Assembly (NCBI GenBank): GCA_041736895.1 | Contig: JBGSSS010000210.1 | Span: 7,169-71,168, forward strand | Direction of reading: 5' to 3' | Source of the DNA: Pirellulales bacterium | GTDB lineage: Bacteria; Planctomycetota; Planctomycetia; Pirellulales; JALHPA01 | Length of the DNA stretch: 64,000 nt | Shown here: positions 40,101 to 48,871 of the stretch, one piece after another | How the letters are laid out: each line of letters starts with the position of its first letter | Numbering within the stretch: position 1 is the stretch's first letter | Made by a program: the position numbers and the translations under genes | Notes under the pieces: model-generated | Databases searched by the model: none | What the model was told of the DNA's origin: nothing | Seen by the model: the letters and a program-made list of their open reading frames with translations, nothing else

Positions 40101-41250
40101 CGGCCTTGCCATTGCTGTCTTCGTCGCTGAGGCGATACAGCCCTGGCCCCTTGGGTCCGGCGGCGATGACCAGGACTTGTCCGTTGAGCGGCAAGATTCC
40201 TTGGCAGGCACGAATCTGATCGCAGAAGACGGTCGCCGTATCGGGTCCGCCGTCTTTGTTCGTGTCACGGAGCAGCAAGAGCCCGCCATCTTCGCGGCTG
40301 GCTAAAAGTTCGCCGAACTCGTTAAAGGCAAGGCAGATCACCGAGCCGGTTTGCTCGTTGCTGAGGATTTGCTCGACGGTGAAATCTTTTTGCGTCTTGA
40401 ATCGGCTGGCCATGCCGCCGCCGGCGAGGACGACCTCGTCGAACCACGGCTTGGTCGAGCCAAACGGACCAATCACACGTGCGGCGAGCCATTGCCGATC
40501 ATCGGCGTTGACCTTGTTCCATTGCGGCAGTTCCTTTTGGGCCGTCTTCCACGTCGCATCGCTCGGATAGCCGACATAAGTTCCGCCGGCTCCTTTGACG
40601 ACGACGCGGGCGACGAGCGCGGCGTCGGCACTCGAGACGTTGGTGCACTTCACGGCGATCGTGTTGCGGCCGCTGAGGAGAAACTTGGTGATGTCGTGTG
40701 TATCGAGTTGTTGCCACTTCTGGCCCGTCGCGACACTGCGGCCGTTGACGAAGAGTTCGTAGGTGTCGTCGGCAGTGATTTGTATTTCGCCGCTCTCGGG
40801 CAGGTTCACGTCAAACGACTTGCGGAAATAGCACGCCGCGTCAGCCGGGATTTCGCCCTGCTGTGCCGGCGACCAGATCCATTGCGGCTCGTTGGCGGCA
40901 TAAGCTGAATTGCTGAGCAGCAAGCCAAAAGCGAGCACCAGAGTGTATTTTGCCAGTGAAGCATGGCCCAGCGTCCCGTGGCGTTTGGGCGATTCCGAGA
41001 GGCGCGTCGCGGTGTCGCGCACGGAGCTGCACGCCGCCTTGCGGGGGGCGATTTGTTGCGCCGTTGGCTGTTCGCCGTTACTAGCCCGCGCTAGCTCGCC
41101 GAGCATCCGGACGCCGGTAAAGACACGGGTGATTTTCCCGAGCAACGAACGAACCATCCCAACCATCGGCCGCGCATCCATGCGGATCATCTCGATAAAG
41201 GAACGAGCAGTGGGGCAGGGACTTCGCGCGGCACGTTCCATGCGCCGCAA
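37195..41250 (-). CDS. PVC-type heme-binding CxxCH protein (membrane-bound dehydrogenase-like beta-propeller + HEAT repeats + cytochrome c)
   Basis: C-terminal KCADCHRYGDRGEGIGPDLS...ISAMPAGLLNTLTLEEIADLFQYL; central HEAT-like repeats; N-terminal QWIWSP...TADDTYELFVNG galactose-binding-like domain and propeller. Start uncertain (TTG 41250, ATG 41241 or later). Confidence 0.85.
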   Translation of the reverse strand: MRRMERAARSPCPTARSFIEMIRMDARPMVGMVRSLLGKITRVFTGVRMLGELARASNGEQPTAQQIAPRKAACSSVRDTATRLSESPKRHGTLGHASLAKYTLVLAFGLLLSNSAYAANEPQWIWSPAQQGEIPADAACYFRKSFDVNLPESGEIQITADDTYELFVNGRSVATGQKWQQLDTHDITKFLLSGRNTIAVKCTNVSSADAALVARVVVKGAGGTYVGYPSDATWKTAQKELPQWNKVNADDRQWLAARVIGPFGSTKPWFDEVVLAGGGMASRFKTQKDFTVEQILSNEQTGSVICLAFNEFGELLASREDGGLLLLRDTNKDGGPDTATVFCDQIRACQGILPLNGQVLVIAAGPKGPGLYRLSDEDSNGKAEKIELLLKFKGEMGEHGPHGLSLGPDGLVYIMLGNKTEPEREVAKSSPYRNYYDADLLTPKYEDPRGHAVGIKAPGGRILRTDPDASFLECYSGGMRNAYDMVWTRNGDLFTYDSDMEWDVGTPWYRPTRVFQMLAGGDCGWRSGWSVWPEYYYDSIPGVADTGRGSPTGIATYNHVMYPRRYHDALFMGDWGRGRIVALKLKPNNGGYSIEGETFVEGKPLNITDLAVGPDGWLYFCTGGRATDGGIYRVTWNGKVPPSMTDLGKGLEVALKQPQFDSAYARQQCAIVRQSMGAQWDAELPAAVLSTDTKLEHRLRGLDLMQLMGPFPTPELLTKLAVDPQEQIRMKAAALMGLHYDASLEPKLLRLLRDLDPNVQRVACESLVRADVLPPLKDLLPLLNSTSPQVAWAATRVLETLPVADWQDAILKHENTRVFLQGGLALIRVAPEKATCMAILNRNLRLLGGFLNDADFLSVLRLSELALAQGKIAPEEVAGLRAKIADEYPTKDSRMNRELVRLMAYLQEPRATELFLEQLRGNAPHEEKLHVALHARFLTAWTTPQKLELLTYLEFARTLEGGHSYQGYIENVSRDFFVGLSESERQMVLAEGTKWPSSALSVLAKLPPQLNDELLEQIIALDRRLPATEGEAAKKLGIGIIAIMGRCPDAKAQAYLREVYERDPNRRGYIAMSLAQKPSGENWPLLVQSIGSVEGLFAQEVLIKLAGVDRKPEKPEAIRQVILRGLRLGESGGRPAIALLERWTGQSVNAAGEPVMATLGKWQNWFATTYPNEPAAKLPIDDATAKWTLDELATFLASPEGAHGDATRGEKLFAKAKCADCHRYGDRGEGIGPDLSTVSKRFQKKEILESILHPSQTISDQYASQIVQLQDGRTINGLVSPQPDGSIVVLTSTGQKMPIAKDQIDTLQPSKISAMPAGLLNTLTLEEIADLFQYLGTPPARNLSSRRAVSQ

Positions 41251-41558
41251 CTCCGAGTGCCGCTACTGTCTTACCCGCGCGCACTCAGTCCCCGCCGGAC
41301 GAATCCAGGGCGAACCATACGAGAGGCGGGGAAATCGGACAAGAGGTGTTTTGCTAGCGAGTTTTAACGATTACGCATCCCAACTTCGAAACGATTAGAT
41401 TTTTCCAATGTAAAAATGCTGATGACACACCCTGTAAAATCTTTCCATTCATAAACTATCAACCCATCACAATTACCAGTCATACCAGCCCTATCATTTT
41501 ATAATCTGCGTCAAAAGCCTGAGATGATTGAGCATCGCCAGAACGGTTGCTCCTAATC

Positions 41559-41591
41559 AAAAAAAGACCCGGCGAATTTTCGCCGGGTCTT
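41559..41591 (-). terminator. Rho-independent terminator of the PEP-CTERM gene
   Basis: Minus strand reads GACCCGGCG-AAAATT-CGCCGGGTC-TTTTTTT. Confidence 0.8.
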
Positions 41592-41643
41592 GGTGATTCA
41601 ACATCTCGCATGACTTGCCTGCGAGCAAATTTCAGCCTGGAGT

Positions 41644-42342
41644 TTAGCGGCGGCGACGGCGGAGCAGCAATCCACCGACGCTGGCAGCCGCGCCGAGCAC
41701 GCACAAGCCTGGTTCGGGAACCGCTACCGGGGTTTGGCGAATCGTAAACGAGGTGACCCCGGGTGGCAGATCGGGCACATCGATCCGAAACTGATACGTT
41801 TCCGAACCGGTCGACTGCAGACCATTGGAATAGACCAGTAGATCTTCGTTCAACGCCACATTAGTAAAGGCGCTCGAAGTCGGAGGCGTGTCAAAGTTGG
41901 GAAAGTCGAAATCGAGGCCATCAAGCGCACCGCCGATATTGGTGAACCCCGCCCCGAACCCATAACCCAACTGCATCGTGTAGCTTGACCAAGGCAGAAA
42001 CGTATTGTTGTCAACCGATTCAAAGACCTTGTATTCGGTCGTGCCGCCAGTATTGGCGACATTGAAAACAATGTCGATGTAACCGACATTGTCAAAGCGT
42101 TTGACTGGCACCGTGATATTATTGTCCGTAATACCGCCGGCGATGTTGTCGTTATTCATATTCAGCGTCAAGATAGCTGGCACTGAAACAGTTCCCAATC
42201 CGGGACCAGTGCCAGCTTGACTGCCGAAAATTTGGGCGCTCGTGATCATCCCCGCATGAGAAATCGCGGCACACGAGAAGAATGCGATAAGAGTGGAGAC
42301 AAGCTTAGAGCTTGCGGTAAAGCGACTGATTTTAGCCAACAT
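41644..42342 (-). CDS. PEP-CTERM sorting domain-containing protein
   Basis: Signal peptide. C-terminus VAVPEPGLCVLGAAASVGGLLLRRRRR. Confidence 0.8.
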   Translation of the reverse strand: MLAKISRFTASSKLVSTLIAFFSCAAISHAGMITSAQIFGSQAGTGPGLGTVSVPAILTLNMNNDNIAGGITDNNITVPVKRFDNVGYIDIVFNVANTGGTTEYKVFESVDNNTFLPWSSYTMQLGYGFGAGFTNIGGALDGLDFDFPNFDTPPTSSAFTNVALNEDLLVYSNGLQSTGSETYQFRIDVPDLPPGVTSFTIRQTPVAVPEPGLCVLGAAASVGGLLLRRRRR

Positions 42343-42874
42343 TAGCTACCCCTTCTTGAAAGTTCTGCAAACAGGGTGTCTTAGGGAGTTTCAATCCAAC
42401 GAGTCATACTTTATTCCCCCCAACTGGCAAGGTCAAGCAAATAGACGTTAATTTCAGAGGAAAATACCCAAATATTTTCTAAATGAAATCCAAACATTCG
42501 CCTATTAGTCGGCCACTAATTCCATAGGCAATAAGCACTTGTGTCGCGCTATTGCATCCAGACAAGTGCTCTTCTTGTCTGGTCGTTCTTCCCAAAAGCG
42601 GTCATTGAGATCAAACACCTTTCATTTCAGTGGTTCGAGATTCCCACCGCGTGAAGACGGGAGGGGTTTGAAAAGCGAAGCTCCTTCGCTATCACAAATG
42701 TTCAAAAAACGGGCTTTCCCTGCGAGTTGAACCCACAGAATCCTGGGCGTTTCGCCATCTGGGGGTGAAAATGAACCAATTTCTCGCCGCGTTAGTATAA
42801 TATGACTACGGGCATTCCCCCCGAACGATCATCTTCATCCAACTCCGCAACTTGGCCCAACCGAACGAACGACC

Positions 42875-43108
42875 ATGAGACTTATGGATTTCCACAGCAT
42901 CGAAGAAATTGAGTTAGCCGAAAAAGTTCAAGCCGTTTATCCCACCGCCCACTGCATCAACGTCTTGGATGACGAACGTCATCGCTATCGGGTGGTGTCC
43001 GATGAAAAGGAATGGCCGCTTGCGGCCGATCCCGTCGGTGCCTGGAGTGCGGTGCTGCGTGAGATCGGCGCGACGCTGCAAAAGCTCAAAGGAAATCACA
43101 AGACTTAA
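42875..43108 (+). CDS. hypothetical small protein
   Basis: 77-aa ORF in an otherwise empty region, followed by a strong terminator at 43143-43191. No family recognised. Confidence 0.4.
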   Translation: MRLMDFHSIEEIELAEKVQAVYPTAHCINVLDDERHRYRVVSDEKEWPLAADPVGAWSAVLREIGATLQKLKGNHKT

Positions 43109-43142
43109 TAACGAGAAGCCCCAGATCTTGTTGGAAAAAATC

Positions 43143-43191
43143 AGCAGCGAGGGAACTGCTCCGCGCGAGCAGCCCCTCGCTGCTGCTTTTT
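43143..43191 (+). terminator. Rho-independent terminator
   Basis: AGCAGCGAGGG...(inner hairpin CTGCTC-CGCG-CGAGCAG)...CCCTCGCTGCT-GCTTTTT. Confidence 0.75.
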
Positions 43192-43415
43192 CCTGGCATC
43201 GAGTCTGATTATTCGGAAAAACGAAGGCGTTCATGAAATATTTGTAATTCTCCGATCTTTTGGTAAGGTAAAACTCGTATTGTTCAAGGGCAGCGCTTCT
43301 CTATCGGTTGGACTAAGACTTGGCATAACGGTTGATTTGCTGCTCGGTCTTGTCCAAGGTCCGTTTGAATTCTTGAAGGTCGCACCAGGCAGCTTCTCTG
43401 TGGGAAGAGAATCCG

Positions 43416-44678
43416 ATGTCTCGCCGTGGGTTTACCCTAGTCGAACTGCTCGTCGTCATTGGGATCATCGGAATCCTCGTGGCGCTGTTGTTGCCCGCCG
43501 TGCAATCGGCCCGCGAATCGAGCCGCCGTTCCCATTGCGCCAACAATGTCAAGCAACTCGGCGTAGCGCTGCACAACTTTCATCAGACCCACCGCCAACT
43601 GCCGACCTACAACGGCATCTTCCCCCTCGCCAAAACCTCGCTCCAATCGGCCAACACCAAACGCGTCTATGGCAGTTGGTTCGTTCATCTGCTCCCGTTT
43701 GTCGAGGAAAAGGCGCTCTACGACAGCATCGCCAACGACGTCCAGAAGTATTCCAACTCCGGCGCGAAGCAAGTCGTCCCCAGCACGCCCGCCTCGGCCG
43801 GCCACTACGAGCCTCCTTGCAAAACTATTAAGGGCGTCCCCGCCACCTACAACCAGTACACGGGCTCGCTCCAACCTGTCACCACCACCAACGGCAACGG
43901 CTACACGATCACCGAGATGAAATGGGTTCCGCCGCGCACCCCGGATCCAGGCACCGGGACACCCGATACCAAGGACTGCACCAACAGCAAGTGGATTCCC
44001 GGCACCTCGGCCGGTCCGCCGATCGAGAACAACGGCTACGTCGGCATCTGGCGGCCGGCTCATCGCAAGCGCACCTTTGCCATCCTCCGCTGCCCCACCG
44101 AACAAACGTCGCCCGATGGCTTGGTCTACAAAGGCGAATGGGGCGCGACGAACTACCTGGCCAACTGGAACTCCTTCACCAATCGGATTGCCAAAGACGG
44201 CTACAAGGCCAAGAACACCAACTTCTCGAAATACGCCGACGGCACCAGCAAGACGCTCCTCCTCGGCGAAGGCTACGCCGTCTGCGAGACCAAAGAGCGC
44301 ACGGCGTTCCTTGCCTGGCACAAAGGCTCCGACGGCGGCTTCTCGAACTACGGCGGCGTCCACAACTTTGGCCTGACCTTTAGCTTTACCGCGGCCCAAC
44401 AGGTCGACAACGGCACCGGCCCGGTCAAAGTTGCCTCGACCAACGGCTTTCCGAACCCCTCGCTCAGCCCCTACCTCGTTTTCCCGATCCAAATCCAACC
44501 GAGCCCCACCGCCACGGGCGACAACGGCTGCACCAGCCTTACCGCCCAGACCCCGCATCAGGTCATGAACACCCTCTATGCCGACGGCTCGGTCCACACG
44601 ATCACCGGCGACATCGACCGCGACCTCTGGGCCACGATGATGCTGCCGAGCGACGGAAAAATCGCAGCGGCCAAGTAG
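43416..44678 (+). CDS. DUF1559 domain protein with prepilin-type N-terminal cleavage/methylation domain
   Basis: [50 protein letters not shown]-terminal ADGSVHTI. Confidence 0.9.
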   Translation: MSRRGFTLVELLVVIGIIGILVALLLPAVQSARESSRRSHCANNVKQLGVALHNFHQTHRQLPTYNGIFPLAKTSLQSANTKRVYGSWFVHLLPFVEEKALYDSIANDVQKYSNSGAKQVVPSTPASAGHYEPPCKTIKGVPATYNQYTGSLQPVTTTNGNGYTITEMKWVPPRTPDPGTGTPDTKDCTNSKWIPGTSAGPPIENNGYVGIWRPAHRKRTFAILRCPTEQTSPDGLVYKGEWGATNYLANWNSFTNRIAKDGYKAKNTNFSKYADGTSKTLLLGEGYAVCETKERTAFLAWHKGSDGGFSNYGGVHNFGLTFSFTAAQQVDNGTGPVKVASTNGFPNPSLSPYLVFPIQIQPSPTATGDNGCTSLTAQTPHQVMNTLYADGSVHTITGDIDRDLWATMMLPSDGKIAAAK

Positions 44679-44751
44679 CTTGTTCCAAGGGACCCAACCG
44701 CAGCCTTCCGCCTCCTCAACATTCGTCCGCGTCCAGACAGCCGCGAAAGTG

Positions 44752-45110
44752 TCATTCTTTTTTCCTGTTGCTCCCGGCGCAACACCGCCAGACTCTCGAA
44801 AAACCGGGCAAAGCTGGGAAAAATCCGGGAAACACCACCGAAAACGCGCGAAAAAACCCAAAAAAATCGCAAAAAGATCGGAAAAAAACGCAAAAAGAAC
44901 GAAAAAAATCAGAAAAAAACGCAAATGTGCGCGCCCCCAATGTCCGTGTTTAAACGAACACCGCTTCGAGCGACTACCACAATCCCGCGGGCAAACCACA
45001 CTCGCCGCGCGCCGGGTCAGGCCCAAGCCGGACAAAGCGCGCGCCGCCCGATTTTGGGGTGTTGCCTTAAAAGGCAACACTCGCGGGGCTTTTGGGTCGT
45101 TCGTCGCCGC
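44752..45110 (+). repeat. phased-A-tract element, copy B
   Basis: Same orientation and architecture as copy A. A-tracts at 44799-44919. Hairpins at 44767-44783 and 45061-45078. Confidence 0.85.
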
Positions 45111-45112
45111 CT

Positions 45113-45217
45113 GTAGGTCCCGCGGTCCTCCGCGGGACCTGGTGCGGGGGGACGCGTGACGTGTCCTCTCGCGGCGTCCAACGCCGCACCGGGTCCCGGT
45201 CTCCGACCGGGACCTAC
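45113..45217. repeat. REPIN-like inverted doublet (GTAGG head)
   Basis: GTAGGTCCCGCGGTCCTCCGCGGGACC (45113-45139) and GGTCCCGGTCTCCGACCGGGACCTAC (45192-45217). Confidence 0.55.
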
Positions 45218-45729
45218 AACGTGCCTGCGCGCGCCTATTCCGGCCATTCTCTTTACACGCAGTATTCATATGAACACAACCGCTGGCCCAAAATCAACCC
45301 CCCACGGAGGTAAAAAAGGGGTTCAAGGTAAAAAAGGAAGGTAAAAAAGGGGTCAGAATGTCTGCCCCCTTACTCGCGGGGAAAGAGCCTTAAATCCAAG
45401 GTTATTTCCCACGATGTCATGGAGAAAAAAGAGGGCAGAACTATTTCATCAATTTTTCGGACTTCTTTTCTCCTCCGCCAAATTTCTAGAAGCCTTTGGG
45501 TTTTCCGCCTGAAATATTGTTCGATTTGCCAACGGGGCCTGTCTATAATCAAGCTTTCTCAAGGCGGCAAGGGAGCGATGCGGCAGAATCATTTCGGAGT
45601 GAAACAAGGTTAGGTGGAGCGCGAGGGGAAGCGTTTCCAGAGTGCCGGATCTGAGAATCGCCGCGCAGATGCTGCAACACAATTACGCGCTGGTCAAGTA
45701 CAACACCTAGGACTTGGGCTGGTCAGGAG

Positions 45730-48700
45730 ATGACGATGAGAATCACTTGCAATTCTCTGTTCAGGAACAGCACCTTATTTGTAGGGTGTATTTTATTTTG
45801 GGCTTTGTTCGTTGGAATTTCGAGCCAGGGACTTGCCCAACAAGTTCGCCCCAACATCATCCATATCTTGGCCGACGATCTCGGCTGGGGGAGCGTGGGG
45901 TTTAATAATCCGACAACCTACATTCAAACACCAAACCTCGATGCCTTGGCCATTGGCGGGATGGCGTTGTCGCGTTCTTACGCACCGACAGTTTGTTCCC
46001 CGACACGCGCTAGCCTGATGACGGGCTTCCATAATGGCCGGGCTTTCAACGATCGGAATGGGAATATTGCCGCGGGTCTTCGTGCTGAGGATGTCACGGT
46101 AGCCAACGTCTTGAATGATGCTGGCTATCGGACGGCGGTTGTCGGCAAATGGGGTTGGGGAGCGGACAATGCCGCTTCCCCCGCAATCAATAATTCAGGG
46201 ACTCTCCCAGCGAATCAGGGGTTCGATCAGTTCTATGGCTACTTGAATCACACCAGTGCCCATGATTACTACTATCCTCAGATGTGGCAATCCTCGGCGT
46301 TGGGCGGTCCCACGGTCACAAGCCCCAACAATGGCGGACCAGGCGGCGCGGCGCAATATACCCACGATCTCTTCACGCGCAGCACCGAAGCCTTTGTTCG
46401 GGATAACGCGACGGCGAGCCAGCCATTCTACCTGCAAGTCAGTTACACGATTCCCCATTTCAGTTTGAGCGACGTGGATGCCGCGCCGGCGCTGGTCAAT
46501 CTCGCGAACCAAACGATCTATCCCGGCGGTCAGGCACAATACGCGGCGAACGCCAGTCTGAGTACGGCCGAGAAGCGGCACGCCGCCATGATCTCGAGGA
46601 TGGATGCCTCGATCGGCTCCTTGATGCAGCGCTTGCAAGATCCGAACGGAGACGGCAATACGGCCGACTCGATCCTGAACAATACACTGATTCTCTTTAC
46701 CTCGGATAATGGCGCGTCGGCCGAAGGACTCGGCGCAACGGCCGCGGCGAGCAATGCGATTTCCGGCGGTTTGCGCGGCGGGAAACGGGATTTGTATGAA
46801 GGTGGAATTCGAATGCCCACGATTGCCTTTTGGCAAGGAACGATTGCCGCCGGTTCGAGTTCCGCCATCACAACGGACGTCGCCGACTTCCAGGCAACCG
46901 CTGCGGAACTGGCTGGCGGAAAAGCTCGCGTCGGCACCGATGGCGTTTCCATCCTGCCAACTCTGCTGGGAACTCCGGGGCAGCGCAATCGCGGCGGTTT
47001 GCTGTTCGAGAACTTTGAAAACAGCCAGTACGGGCAAAAGAATTCCGATTGGGCCGTGGTGCGGGATGATTACAAGTTGATCAAGTTTCGCGACGGCACC
47101 TTCGAACTCTACAACGTCACGACGGATCAAGGCGAAGCAGCCCCACTCAATCTAAGCATTCCGGCCAATGCAAACCTGCGCGCTGAACTCGAAGCTTTTG
47201 CGCTCCGGCAGGGAGCAGGCCAAGCCGACAGCTATGCGGTGGGTTTTCGTGATTGGAAAGGCGCGAATGGCGCGGACCTGGCGAGCCCTGCCAACTACGA
47301 AGTCACCAATGATCCGACGGCCAGCGTGGGGCCAGTTGCCGAAACATGGTCGGCACTCATTGAAAACCGCTCGGGTTCGCCGCAGTCTGCCAGGATGTCG
47401 AGCAGCGTCACGGTTCTCGGCCTCGAGGTCAGCGGCACAACACACCAGCAAGAGGTCGACATTCGCCCCAGCACGATCTTGACCGGCCGCAACGAGGTTC
47501 GAATTGGCAGTCATGGCAAGATTCAACTGACCAACGCCGAACTCCAATCGGATCGTTGGCTCGATCTGCAAGCGGGCGGCGTGCTGACAGGTCAGGGGAC
47601 GATCCGTGGGGATGTTTATCACAGCGGCACCATCAAACCGGGGTTCGATGGCGTCATGGGAACTCCTCCGCCGCCGCCGGTAACTGGCGGAACATTTAAT
47701 GTCGCGCTCGATTTTTCTGCAATCGATAATCGAGCCGGCAAAGACCTCGTCTACACCCCGCTGATCAGAACAATCGATCAGGGGGTGGTGAGCTTGGATT
47801 ACGGTCCATCCATCGGCTCCCGGCTCCTCGATCGCGGCTTCAACGATTTTGCCAGTGAGTTCAATCTCCAGAATTGGACAGTCGGCGGGACGCTGCAAGA
47901 TGCGATCAACGACAATGCTTTTGTAAGCATCACGGTCGATCCCACGGAGGGTCTGGCGGTATCGTTGCAGTCGGTCAAATTCAACTTCTGGAGGAATGGC
48001 GCCAACTCTCCGTCGCAATACGCCATCTCAACCAATCTCGACGGCTTTAATGCAAGCTCGCCTTTGGCAACCACCTCGGTAACAACTTCTGGCTCGGCAA
48101 ACACCGTTCAATTTCAGGCCAGCGGAACCGGTTTGTCGACCCGCGAGCAACTGGCGGTACGCCTGTATGGCTGGGGAGCAGGAAACATCAATGGCCATAC
48201 GCATTTAACCGGCGCAGCCCTCGATCTCCTCTTTACGACGGTCTCGGAAATCCCGCTAGCGCCCGCCGGCGTACTCACCATCGAAGGCGATTTGATCCAT
48301 ACGGCCTCGAGCAAGATCGAAATCGGCGTGGGAGGGTTCGACAACTCGAATATCAATGCGCGCGAGTTCGACTTGATTCAAGTGATGGGCGATGTCAATT
48401 TGCTCGGGGAGCTAATGCTCTTTGCTGAGGACGGCTTTGTTTTGGCTGGCGAGTCCCAGTTTACTTTCCTCACCGCCGATGCCGTTACCGGGAGTTTTTC
48501 CAGCTTCGAAGCCATCGGCTTTGATGGTTACAACGTCTCGCTGGTATACGGAAGCAATTCGGTATCCGCCAAGTTTACCCCAGTCCCCGAACCAAGCACC
48601 GTCCTGCTCGTGCTCGCCTGCGGCGGTTACTTGATCGTCAAACGACGTCGCGGATTAGAAAAAGGGGTCAGGCCCCTTTTTCTTGTTGACCGCGGCGGTG

Positions 48701-48762
48701 CGGCACTGCGTGCAGCGCGGCTGTCCCTAGGGCAGCACGGAATGGCGGGAGCAGACCAGTGA
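45730..48762 (+). CDS. sulfatase (formylglycine type) with long C-terminal domain and PEP-CTERM anchor
   Basis: PNIIHILADDLGWG, then CSPTRASLMTG (CxPxR). TPVPEPSTVLLVLACGGYLIVKRRRG near the C-terminus, followed by 36 extra codons. ATG at 45730 or 45736. Confidence 0.85.
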   Translation: MTMRITCNSLFRNSTLFVGCILFWALFVGISSQGLAQQVRPNIIHILADDLGWGSVGFNNPTTYIQTPNLDALAIGGMALSRSYAPTVCSPTRASLMTGFHNGRAFNDRNGNIAAGLRAEDVTVANVLNDAGYRTAVVGKWGWGADNAASPAINNSGTLPANQGFDQFYGYLNHTSAHDYYYPQMWQSSALGGPTVTSPNNGGPGGAAQYTHDLFTRSTEAFVRDNATASQPFYLQVSYTIPHFSLSDVDAAPALVNLANQTIYPGGQAQYAANASLSTAEKRHAAMISRMDASIGSLMQRLQDPNGDGNTADSILNNTLILFTSDNGASAEGLGATAAASNAISGGLRGGKRDLYEGGIRMPTIAFWQGTIAAGSSSAITTDVADFQATAAELAGGKARVGTDGVSILPTLLGTPGQRNRGGLLFENFENSQYGQKNSDWAVVRDDYKLIKFRDGTFELYNVTTDQGEAAPLNLSIPANANLRAELEAFALRQGAGQADSYAVGFRDWKGANGADLASPANYEVTNDPTASVGPVAETWSALIENRSGSPQSARMSSSVTVLGLEVSGTTHQQEVDIRPSTILTGRNEVRIGSHGKIQLTNAELQSDRWLDLQAGGVLTGQGTIRGDVYHSGTIKPGFDGVMGTPPPPPVTGGTFNVALDFSAIDNRAGKDLVYTPLIRTIDQGVVSLDYGPSIGSRLLDRGFNDFASEFNLQNWTVGGTLQDAINDNAFVSITVDPTEGLAVSLQSVKFNFWRNGANSPSQYAISTNLDGFNASSPLATTSVTTSGSANTVQFQASGTGLSTREQLAVRLYGWGAGNINGHTHLTGAALDLLFTTVSEIPLAPAGVLTIEGDLIHTASSKIEIGVGGFDNSNINAREFDLIQVMGDVNLLGELMLFAEDGFVLAGESQFTFLTADAVTGSFSSFEAIGFDGYNVSLVYGSNSVSAKFTPVPEPSTVLLVLACGGYLIVKRRRGLEKGVRPLFLVDRGGAALRAARLSLGQHGMAGADQ
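48658..48682. repeat. GAAAAAGGGGTCAGGCCCCTTTTTC hairpin repeat
   Basis: Lies inside the last 36 codons of ORF 45730-48762, just after the PEP-CTERM motif. Confidence 0.65.
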
Positions 48763-48814
48763 AAAACTCGGCCTGGAATCGACCCTCCGCCCCCGCGGCC
48801 GACCCAAGAAACCC

Positions 48815-48838
48815 GAAAAAGGGGCCTGACCCCTTTTC
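48815..48838. repeat. GAAAAAGGGGCCTGACCCCTTTTC hairpin repeat
   Basis: Inverted relative to 48658-48682. Between convergent genes. Confidence 0.65.
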
Positions 48839-48871
48839 CTCCCCCTTTCCGTTTGTTCCGTTTGAGCGTGT

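Noticed and set aside
43437-45269. 610-aa minus-strand ORF
   Set aside because: It is antisense to the well-supported DUF1559 gene (43416-44678) and continues across the non-coding A-tract element. It has Arg/Gly/Ala-rich low-complexity composition typical of shadow ORFs in GC-rich DNA.
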